From Polyangiaceae bacterium (GTDB taxonomy: Bacteria; Myxococcota_A; Polyangia; Polyangiales; Polyangiaceae): a stretch of 20,441 nt of DNA. The DNA lies in contig JAPSGB010000062.1 of the NCBI GenBank assembly GCA_035063585.1, forward strand, positions 1 to 20,441. Reading direction: 5' to 3'. Shown one piece after another: positions 7,665 through 14,970 of this stretch; the first letter of the stretch is position 1; the number at the start of each line of letters is the position of its first letter. The notes under the pieces are model-generated. The model did no database searches and was not told the DNA's origin. It worked only from the letters and a program-made list of their open reading frames with translations. The position numbers and the translations under genes were made by a program.

Positions 7665-9103
7665 GCGGCTCCCTTCACGCGGAGCAGGGTGAGCTCCGGC
7701 CGCAGCCGCGCGCGGATCTGCGGCTGCTCGTGGAAGGCGAGCAGCGACGTCGAGCGCGTGGCGCGGAAGAGCTGGCGCGCGAGCGTCAGCCTGCCGTACG
7801 CCCAGCGCTCGACCCACGCGCGGCGCCGCTCGAGCGGGAGGCTCGCGAAGCCGCGCGCGAAGCGGAGCGCGGTGAGGGCGCGAAACCCGAGCATCCCGAG
7901 CTCGTGGAGCGCGGAGAGGCGCGCCGGCAAGGCGGCGAGCGCGCCCGCGACGAACCGGGCGGCGCCGTCGACCGCCTCGTGCTCACCGGCTTCCGCCGGC
8001 ACCAGCGCCTCCACCAGCGCCCGCAGGAACGCGCTCGGAGCCTCGGGCGCGTGGGCCAGCCGCGCTGGCGCTGCGCGGGCGTCCCCGAGCGCGAGGGGCT
8101 CCGCGCGCCGCGCGCGCGCGAGCGTCTCGCCGAGCGTGAGGCCGTACGCGAGGATCACGAGCAGGCCCCAGGCGGTGATGGGGATGTAGAACGCGAGGTG
8201 CGCCAGCACCGCGTACGAGAGCGCGGTCGCGCCCGCGACGCCCACCGAGGTGAGCGCCGTCATGCAAAAGAAGTGGAACGGCCCGATGAAGCCGGGGCTC
8301 GACGGGATCAGGATCCCGAGGTTGGTCACGCCGAGCGCGAGCAGCGCGACCGCGGGGCTCGCGCGAAGCCCGAACGCGGGCAAGAGCGCGAGGAACATCC
8401 CGGCCTCGAACGCCCAGACCAGCGCGCTCAGCCCGAGCACCCGGAGCGCGTCGCCCGGGCGGCCGAGGTAGGCGACGCCGCCGGTCACCTGCCCGGTGAG
8501 CGCGACCACCCGGCGGTGGACGCGCGCGCCGAGGGGCAGTGAGGAACGGCTGGCGAGCGCCAGGAGCCAGGTCGGCGCGACTACCGCGACGATCACTGCG
8601 AGCGCGGCGACGCCGAACACGACGCCGCCGAGCTGCAGCGTGGTCAGCACCAACCCGACCTCCGGGAGCGCGAGTCCGGCCACGACCAGCGCGAGCAAGA
8701 GGACGAGACCGTCGAGCACGCGCTCGAGGAAGGTCACGGTCAGGCTGTGGACGAAGGGGAGCCCGCTCCTGTCCGCGAGCATCCCGGCGCGCGCGAGCTC
8801 GCCGAGCCGCGCGGGGAGCACGTTGTTCACCGCATAGCCGAGCACCACGATGTTGGTCGCGGTCGAGCGGGTGAGCTTGGCCTCGCGGCTGACGAGGAGG
8901 CGGCAGCGCGCGCCACGGACCCAGTGCCCGGCGAGGTACGACAGCACCGCGAGCGGGAGCCACGGCCAGAGGCTCGCGTGCGCGAAGACCCGCTCGAGGT
9001 CATAGAGGCTGAGGTGCCGGAGGGCGATCACGGTGAAGATGCCGCTCGACGCGAGCCCGACCGCGACGAGCAGCGCCTTCTTGAGACCTACCGGGAGCGT
9101 CAT
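7661..9103 (-). CDS. Flippase-like membrane protein (lysylphosphatidylglycerol synthase TM / UPF0104 family) with a C-terminal helical domain resembling gluconate 2-dehydrogenase subunit 3
   Basis: Motifs GYAVNNVLPARLGELARA, ERVLDG, IPSSPGFIGPFH. Extra ~115-aa tail: LRALVEALVP...RFARGFASLPLERRRAWVERW...LARQLFRATRSTSLLAFHEQPQIRARL. ATG 9103 overlaps the upstream TGA (ATGA). Confidence 0.88.
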   Translation of the reverse strand: MTLPVGLKKALLVAVGLASSGIFTVIALRHLSLYDLERVFAHASLWPWLPLAVLSYLAGHWVRGARCRLLVSREAKLTRSTATNIVVLGYAVNNVLPARLGELARAGMLADRSGLPFVHSLTVTFLERVLDGLVLLLALVVAGLALPEVGLVLTTLQLGGVVFGVAALAVIVAVVAPTWLLALASRSSLPLGARVHRRVVALTGQVTGGVAYLGRPGDALRVLGLSALVWAFEAGMFLALLPAFGLRASPAVALLALGVTNLGILIPSSPGFIGPFHFFCMTALTSVGVAGATALSYAVLAHLAFYIPITAWGLLVILAYGLTLGETLARARRAEPLALGDARAAPARLAHAPEAPSAFLRALVEALVPAEAGEHEAVDGAARFVAGALAALPARLSALHELGMLGFRALTALRFARGFASLPLERRRAWVERWAYGRLTLARQLFRATRSTSLLAFHEQPQIRARLRPELTLLRVKGAA

Positions 9104-10149
9104 CGCGACCCGCGGGCGAGCAGGCCCTGGTCGATGCACCACGCCAGGCTGCGACGCATGCCCTCCTCGAGCGCGACGTCCGGCCGGTATCCGAGCTCCG
9201 CCTTCGCGCGCTCGACCGAGCAGGCGATGGTCTGGTTCATCTCCGAGAGCACGTGGAGCTTCTGGTGGTAGAGCCCGAGGGACTGGAGCGTCGCGTCCAT
9301 CAGGTACGCGACCTTGCTGGCGAGCCCCGGGAGCCGGAGCCTGCGGTGCGCGCAGGGGATGCCGAACTCGCCCTCGAGCAGGCGCTCCACGGTGTCGAGT
9401 ACCTGGTTCATCGTGTACGGCTCGTCGTCCGCGATCCAGTACGTGCGGCCGGCGGCGCGCGGCGTCATCGCGGCGAGCAGTAGCCCCTGGCAGAGGTTGT
9501 CGAGGTACGCCATCGACCGCCGGTTCTCGCCGCCACCCACCACCGGGCCCTTGCCGTCGCGGATCATCTCGAAGAAGAGCGTCTGCCGGGGCGGCTGATA
9601 GGGCCCGTAGAACCACGGCGGCCGGATGAGCACCGTCTCGAGGCGGCCTCGCGCGTGCGCCTCGCGCGCCAGGAGCTCCATCTGCATCTTGGAGCGCCCG
9701 TAGCCGAGGTACGGGTGGTACGGGCTGTCCTCGTCGAAGCGGTGCTCGGGCGACGGGTTGGCCCCGACGGGCGAGTTCGACGACACCATGACCGCGCGCC
9801 GGACGCCGGCCTCCCCGGCAGCGTCGAGGAGCGTGCGCGCGCCTTCCACGTTGATGCTGAAAAAATCGCGCACCCGCCGCGGATGGATGACGCCCGCCGT
9901 GTGATACAGCGTGGCGCCGCGCGCGCCCGCCACGAGCGCGTCGCAGGTCGCTCGCTCACGGAGATCCCCGCGCACCACCTCGACCGCGTCCGAGCCGAGC
10001 GTCTCCTCGCCGGGCAACACGAGCGCGCGCACGCGCCGCGCGCGCTCGAGCTCCGGGTGGCCGGGTAGGCCGTTCGCGAGCACGTCGACCAGCCGGCGTC
10101 CGAGCCAGCCGGCCGCGCCGGTCACGATTACGAGAGGCTCCGACGTCAT
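9100..10149 (-). CDS. NAD(P)-dependent epimerase/dehydratase family protein (extended SDR, 3-beta-HSD-like)
   Basis: TGAAGWLG, HTAGVIHP, VSSNS, catalytic YGRSK, IRPPWFYGP. Confidence 0.92.
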   Translation of the reverse strand: MTSEPLVIVTGAAGWLGRRLVDVLANGLPGHPELERARRVRALVLPGEETLGSDAVEVVRGDLRERATCDALVAGARGATLYHTAGVIHPRRVRDFFSINVEGARTLLDAAGEAGVRRAVMVSSNSPVGANPSPEHRFDEDSPYHPYLGYGRSKMQMELLAREAHARGRLETVLIRPPWFYGPYQPPRQTLFFEMIRDGKGPVVGGGENRRSMAYLDNLCQGLLLAAMTPRAAGRTYWIADDEPYTMNQVLDTVERLLEGEFGIPCAHRRLRLPGLASKVAYLMDATLQSLGLYHQKLHVLSEMNQTIACSVERAKAELGYRPDVALEEGMRRSLAWCIDQGLLARGSR

Positions 10150-10227
10150 GCCGAGCCCGGAGTCTTACGCGTGAGCCGCTTCGACGCTAGAGTTTCGCGC
10201 GCGGCGCCGGGGCGCTCGACGGGTGAC

Positions 10228-10289
10228 GATTCCGCGCCGAGCCGACATCCCCTCGCCGGAGCTCTGGTGGGTCGGCTCGGCGCGGAATC
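10228..10289. terminator. Perfect 19-bp inverted repeat forming a hairpin at the GT-C stop codon
   Basis: gattccgcgccgagccgac (10228-10246) and gtcggctcggcgcggaatc (10271-10289), with a 24-nt loop; no U-tract. Confidence 0.6.
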
Positions 10290-12711
10290 AGCGCGGAGCG
10301 AGCCGCACGCCGTGCAAGCCGAAGCCGCCCGCCGAGATATGACCCCAGTTCGCGGTCGAGTCGTCGAAGACCTCGAGCGCGAGCGTACGCCCGGCGAGCC
10401 AGCCGAGATCGAGATGGAGCCAGCGCATGCGCTCGTCGCCCTCGCCGCTCGCGACGAAGCGCACGACGCGCCGCCTGCCGCCGTCGACGAGCTCGACCAG
10501 GCGCACTCCCACCTGAGCATCCCAGCCCTCGGCGCGGCCGCCCGCGAGCATGAGCGCGAGCCAGCCGTCTCGAGAGGGGATGAACGGCGGTGAGGTCGCG
10601 AGGCCGGTCACCTGGTCCCCCGAGCGCGTCCGGGTCGAGGCTGCGAACGAGTCGAGGAACGCGCCGGGCGCGTCCTCGACGACGCCCTGGCCCGGGCGAC
10701 GGGCGGTGACGCTCGCCGCGCCGAACGCCTCGCCGCTCACCGACCACACGCCGAAACCGGGCGCGACCGGCAGGTCCTCGCGCGGGAGAGCCTCCACTGC
10801 CGCTTCGCGCTCGCTAGGCCGTGCGCTCGAGCGGGTCGGCTCGAGCACCACCCGCCCGATGACCGTCGAGAGGCTCGCGGTGCCGAGCTCGACGCGCACC
10901 GGCCCGGGCCGGTCGAGCGTGAGCTCGTCCGGCCGCGGCTCGAGCTCGGCGACCTGCGCGCCGCCCCGTCGAGAGAGCCGCACGGTGACGTGAGGATTGG
11001 GCGGCTCGAGGCGAGCCCGGAAGCTCCCGGCCGGCACCTCGGGCGCTTCGAACGACACGCGGCGGCGCTCGCGCAGGAAGGCGCCCATGCCCCCGTCGGG
11101 GGTCGGGAGCCCGCGCACGTCGAAGAATAGATACCCGGGGATGATGACGCGAGCGCCCTCGCGCCGGACCCCGACGCGCCCGCGAAGGCGCACGTAGGAC
11201 TCCGACTCGAGGCTGAGGGGTTCGAGCGTCCGGAAGCGCACGCGGCGATAATCGCGGGAGAAGCGGGGATCGGCCGCCATCTCCTCGCCGGACTTGAAGA
11301 TGGGGCCGCCGCCGCGCGGCAGCCCGAAGGTGATGAGATCGGGCGCGCGCGCGAGCACGTAGCGGCCGTCTCCGTGGTCGTGCGCGAGCGGCATGCGAGG
11401 CGACGGCGCGGCGCGCGCGATGTGCTGGTCGGTGAGGCCGAGCAGGTCGAGGGTGGGCAGCCGCGAGAAATACGGCAAGCACCCGGCGGCAGTGACCGCG
11501 TAGAGCGGCCGTTCGCGCGCGAACGCCGCGCCGAAGGCGCCGCCGACCGCCTGACCCTCCCACTGCCAGCGAGCACGACGCGCCACGTCGATGCGGTTCT
11601 GTTTCCATTGGGAATCCGAGTAGGCGGGGACCAGCGCCGCCGCGAGCATCGCGAGCGCGGGCGCGGCGAGCCGCAGACGCCTCCAGCGCTTCGCGAGCGC
11701 CGCCGCGCCGAGCCCGGCCAGGATCGCAGAGATGAGGTAGACGATGAGCAGGTGGCGCCACGCGGGGAAGTGGTCGCCTCCGATCGCCGCGACGTAGCCC
11801 ATCCAGGCGAGCGCCGTCAGCGCGAGCACCGCCGCCCAGCGTCGCGTCCTCGGCTCGAACAGGGCGAAGACGAGACCGGCGGCGCCGAAGAGCGAGGGGA
11901 GCCAGGCGACCTCGAGCCCCCCGCGCACGTACACGAACCCCTCGTGGGCTCGGGCGGCGGTCACGGTAGCCTTCACGAAGGCGGTGTTCGGCACCCACTG
12001 CCGGTAATACGCGAGGCGAAACCCGAGCTGGGCGAGCCAGGCCGCGAGCGGCAGCCCGGCGATCACCGTCGCGACGCGGAGTATGGCGCCCCAAGGTTTG
12101 CCGCTGAGAAGGACCGGGAGCGCGAGCGTGAGCAGCACCACGAAGAGCGGCATGTCCGGGCGGCTCAGGACCAGGAGCGCGAGCGCGCCGCCCGCCGCCC
12201 AGGCCCAGGGCTTCGGCGTGAGCGCCTCCTCGCCGAGCCGCGTGAGCGCCCACAGCGCCACCGCGAGGCACGCGAGGAGGAGCGGTTGCTCGAGCGCCCC
12301 GGTGAGCCACACGGCGAACGGAGCGGTGGACCCGAGCAGCACCGCGGCGAGGAGCGCGCTCCCCGTCCCCCCGAACCTCCGAACCAGCGCGAGCGCAGCG
12401 AGGAACGCGACCGCGGTCGAGGCGGCGGCCCAGAAGCGCGCGGCGTGGATGAGGTCTACGCCGAGGGCGCCGAGGCCGGCGTTCAAGAGCACCCAGCTCA
12501 GGTTCGAGTAGCCCTCCACGCGCTCCCCGTCCGTGAAGGTGAGCCCTTGGCCGGCCAGCAGTCGCGCCGAGTACCGGAGGCTGATGAGGGTGTCGTCCTC
12601 GATGAAGTTGCCGACGCGCGACACGTTCCATACGAGGAGGCCGAGCGCGACCGCGAGCGGGACAGCGAGGGCGAGCCGTGCCCGCCTCGACGGCTCCGGG
12701 AGAGCGCTCAC
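10288..12711 (-). CDS. Probable GT-C-fold membrane glycosyltransferase (AftB/ArnT-like) with a C-terminal CBM38-like domain
   Basis: First external loop EDDTLISLRYSARLLAGQGLTFTDGERVEGYSNLSW, then SRPD, PNTAFVKA, GGDHFPAWRH, DLLGLTDQHIA and many TM helices. Tail GDQVTGLATSPPF...GG...ASGEGDERM...DL...LEVFDDSTANWGHI. Start GTG 12711 was chosen to avoid overlapping the divergent gene. Confidence 0.8.
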   Translation of the reverse strand: MSALPEPSRRARLALAVPLAVALGLLVWNVSRVGNFIEDDTLISLRYSARLLAGQGLTFTDGERVEGYSNLSWVLLNAGLGALGVDLIHAARFWAAASTAVAFLAALALVRRFGGTGSALLAAVLLGSTAPFAVWLTGALEQPLLLACLAVALWALTRLGEEALTPKPWAWAAGGALALLVLSRPDMPLFVVLLTLALPVLLSGKPWGAILRVATVIAGLPLAAWLAQLGFRLAYYRQWVPNTAFVKATVTAARAHEGFVYVRGGLEVAWLPSLFGAAGLVFALFEPRTRRWAAVLALTALAWMGYVAAIGGDHFPAWRHLLIVYLISAILAGLGAAALAKRWRRLRLAAPALAMLAAALVPAYSDSQWKQNRIDVARRARWQWEGQAVGGAFGAAFARERPLYAVTAAGCLPYFSRLPTLDLLGLTDQHIARAAPSPRMPLAHDHGDGRYVLARAPDLITFGLPRGGGPIFKSGEEMAADPRFSRDYRRVRFRTLEPLSLESESYVRLRGRVGVRREGARVIIPGYLFFDVRGLPTPDGGMGAFLRERRRVSFEAPEVPAGSFRARLEPPNPHVTVRLSRRGGAQVAELEPRPDELTLDRPGPVRVELGTASLSTVIGRVVLEPTRSSARPSEREAAVEALPREDLPVAPGFGVWSVSGEAFGAASVTARRPGQGVVEDAPGAFLDSFAASTRTRSGDQVTGLATSPPFIPSRDGWLALMLAGGRAEGWDAQVGVRLVELVDGGRRRVVRFVASGEGDERMRWLHLDLGWLAGRTLALEVFDDSTANWGHISAGGFGLHGVRLAPR

Positions 12712-12718
12712 GGACGCT

Positions 12719-12746
12719 ACGACAGCATGAGGCGACGCCGTGTCAA
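12719..12746 (-). promoter_or_regulatory. Candidate sigma70 promoter for the GT-C gene (leaderless)
   Basis: Minus strand reads TTGACA-16 nt-(TGc)TGTCGT-7 nt-GTG. The -35 is perfect and the -10 is weak. Confidence 0.4.
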
Positions 12747-12829
12747 GGCCCTGCCGACCGGCACCGGGAGCCGCGCCGCCGCTCCGCGAAGAGTGGCGGG
12801 AGGCTCGCCGCGCGTCTAGAGTCCGGGCC

Positions 12830-13024
12830 ATGAAGCCCTGGGCGCTCGTCGCGGCCCTCGCCGTGCTCGCCGCTTCGTGCTCGAAGAAGAACCTCGAGTG
12901 CAAGCAGCGCTGCATCGACGAGATCAACCAGTGCGGCCAGGAGACCGTCAAGGAGGCGCGAGAGCGCTGCATCGGTGAGCGCATGAAGACCGCGCTCGCC
13001 TGCGAGAAAGCCTGCGAGAACTAG
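12830..13024 (+). CDS. Small (64 aa) Cys-rich lipoprotein
   Basis: [17 protein letters not shown] signal and lipobox; six further Cys in CxxxC-x6-C...C-x10-CxxxC; GC3-rich codons; TAGAGT 7 nt before the ATG. Confidence 0.8.
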   Translation: MKPWALVAALAVLAASCSKKNLECKQRCIDEINQCGQETVKEARERCIGERMKTALACEKACEN

Positions 13025-13113
13025 CCAGGCCGCGGGCAGCGGGGGCGGCTCGCGGCGGCGGCGGGCCGCGCGGGCTTGCGGCACGCGCCGCGGCGGTGTT
13101 ACGCCTCCGAGCC

Positions 13114-13812
13114 ATGGACAAGGTCGTCAAGAGCGCGGCGGACGCCGTCGCGGACATCCCCGACGGGGCGACGATCCTGGCGGGCGGCTTCGGGCTGTGC
13201 GGCATCCCCGAGCTCTGCATCGCCGCGCTCCGCGCGAAGGGCGTGAAGGATCTCACCGTCGTGTCGAACAACTGCGGCGTCGATGATTTCGGCCTCGGCG
13301 TGCTCCTCGCCACCAAGCAAATCACGAAGATGGTGTCGAGCTACGTCGGCGAGAACAAGGAGTTCGAGCGACAGTTCCTCGGCCACGAGCTCGAGGTGGA
13401 GCTCTGCCCGCAGGGCACGCTCGCCGAGCGGCTCCGCGCCGGTGGCGCCGGGATCCCTGCCTTCTTCACCCCGGCTGGCTACGGCACGAAGGTCGCGGAG
13501 GGCAAGGAGACGCGCGAGTTCGACGGCCGCATGTACGTGATGGAGCGCGGCATCACGGGGGACTACGCGCTCGTGAAGGCGTGGAAGGGGGATCGCTACG
13601 GGAACCTCGTCTTCCGGCGCACGGCGCGCAACTTCAACCCGCTCTGCGCGATGGCGGGCCGGGTGACCATCGCCGAGATCGAGGAGCTCGTCGAGGTCGG
13701 CGCGCTCGATCCCGATGAAATCCACTTGCCGGGCATCTTCGTGCAGCGCGTCCTCGTCGGCGAGCACGAGAAGCGCATCGAACGGCGCACCGTCCAGAAG
13801 AAGGAGGCATGA
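13114..13812 (+). CDS. scoA: 3-oxoacid CoA-transferase subunit A (succinyl-CoA:acetoacetate CoA-transferase type)
   Basis: [56 protein letters not shown]. Confidence 0.95.
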   Translation: MDKVVKSAADAVADIPDGATILAGGFGLCGIPELCIAALRAKGVKDLTVVSNNCGVDDFGLGVLLATKQITKMVSSYVGENKEFERQFLGHELEVELCPQGTLAERLRAGGAGIPAFFTPAGYGTKVAEGKETREFDGRMYVMERGITGDYALVKAWKGDRYGNLVFRRTARNFNPLCAMAGRVTIAEIEELVEVGALDPDEIHLPGIFVQRVLVGEHEKRIERRTVQKKEA

Positions 13813-13815
13813 GCC

Positions 13816-14469
13816 ATGCTGACCCGCGAGCAGATCGCCCAGCGCGCCGCGCAGGAGCTCCGCGACGGCTACTACGTGAACCTCGGCATCGGCATGCCGA
13901 CCCTGGTCGCGAACTTCATCCCCGAGGGCGTGGAGGTGATGCTCCAGAGTGAGAACGGCCTACTCGGTATCGGCCCGTACCCGGTCGCGGGTACCGAGGA
14001 CGCCGACCTCATCAACGCCGGAAAAGAGACGGTCACCATGCTCCCCGGGTCGGCCATCTTCGACAGCGCGACCAGCTTCGGGATGATCCGCGGCGGGCAC
14101 ATCGATCTCGCCATCTTGGGCGCGATGGAGGTGAGCCAAGCCGGCGATCTCGCAAACTGGATGATCCCCGGCAAGATGATCAAGGGGATGGGCGGCGCGA
14201 TGGACCTCGTGAACGGCGCTCGCCGCGTGGTGGTCATCATGGAGCACGCCAACAAGAAGGGCGAGCCCAAGATCCTGAGAGAGTGCGCGCTCCCGCTCAC
14301 CGGCAAGGCGGTCGTTCACCGGATCATCACCGATCTCGCCGTGATCGACGTCGAGCCGGACGGCCTCGTCCTCCGCGAGCTCGCCCCGGGCGTGTCGCTC
14401 GAAGAGGTGCGCGCGAAGACCGAGCCGCCCCTCATCGCCGCGGAGGAGCTCCGCGAGATGAAGCTCTGA
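13816..14469 (+). CDS. scoB: 3-oxoacid CoA-transferase subunit B
   Basis: VNLGIGMPT, catalytic [22 protein letters not shown]; strong RBS AAGGAGG at 13801. Confidence 0.95.
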   Translation: MLTREQIAQRAAQELRDGYYVNLGIGMPTLVANFIPEGVEVMLQSENGLLGIGPYPVAGTEDADLINAGKETVTMLPGSAIFDSATSFGMIRGGHIDLAILGAMEVSQAGDLANWMIPGKMIKGMGGAMDLVNGARRVVVIMEHANKKGEPKILRECALPLTGKAVVHRIITDLAVIDVEPDGLVLRELAPGVSLEEVRAKTEPPLIAAEELREMKL

Positions 14470-14470
14470 C

Positions 14471-14620
14471 GCGCCGCCGGCCGCGCCGGACCGGACTCAT
14501 CCTCGGAAATTTTGCCATTCCATGAAGTGTTCCGCAGACGGTTTAGCGGATGGTAAAGTGCCGAGCGACGCCGGCGCGTTCGGTCGCCGCTCGATGCCTG
14601 CTCGGCGCGGCCGGCGGCGC
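14471..14620. repeat. 150-bp intergenic element with perfect 18-bp terminal inverted repeats and an internal AT-richer imperfect hairpin
   Basis: gcgccgccggccgcgccg (14471-14488) and cggcgcggccggcggcgc (14603-14620). Inner pairings ctcgg/ccgag and tttgccattc/ggatggtaaa. Confidence 0.65.
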
Positions 14621-14622
14621 GG

Positions 14623-14970
14623 TCAGCGCCGCGTGAGGTCCGGAACCGGCAGATCGTCGGGGACGTCGAGCTCGAGGCGGAGCAGCGCGTAGCCGTAGGT
14701 CTTGCCTTGGCGGTCGAGGCGGAGCGAGGCGAGGCCGCCGCCGTCGAGCGCGCCGTGGAGCACGAAGTTGAGGGCCTCGAGGTTCGGCAGCTCGAAGCGC
14801 TCGACCGGGCCATGGCAGAGCTCTCCGAAGTGCGCCTTCACGCGCTCGGCGGTGAGGCCTCGGAGGAGGGCCGGGTAGAACTCCGGGCGGCGCGCGATGA
14901 CGCCGATGTTGAGCGTGTCGCCCTTGTCGCCGGAGCGCGCGTGGGCGAGGTTATAGACGGCGGTCTTCAT
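14623..14970 (-). CDS. Small AtuA-related protein (AtuA C-terminal-like domain)
   Basis: MKTAVYNLAHARSGDKGD...VERFELPNLEALNFVLHGALDGGG...SLRLDRQGK; ATGA overlap with the upstream stop. Confidence 0.88.
   Translation of the reverse strand: MKTAVYNLAHARSGDKGDTLNIGVIARRPEFYPALLRGLTAERVKAHFGELCHGPVERFELPNLEALNFVLHGALDGGGLASLRLDRQGKTYGYALLRLELDVPDDLPVPDLTRR

Noticed and set aside
7665..7817. Extended GMC N-terminus or a programmed frameshift fusing flippase and GMC
   Set aside because: A GTGA overlap with an SD-like AAGGGAG explains the junction; no slippery sequence seen.
9104..9616. N-terminal 171-aa extension of the flippase ORF (7661..9616)
   Set aside because: It lies inside the upstream SDR gene; ATG 9103 with an ATGA overlap is the natural start.
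12712..12984. 898-aa version of the GT-C gene
   Set aside because: The extension is antisense to the convincing small lipoprotein gene and covers the candidate promoter.
14500..14570. dif site, integron attC or sigma54 promoter in the AT-richer patch
   Set aside because: No XerC/D arms, no RYYYAAC...GTTRRRY box pair, and the TGGCA is not followed by TTGC at the right spacing.
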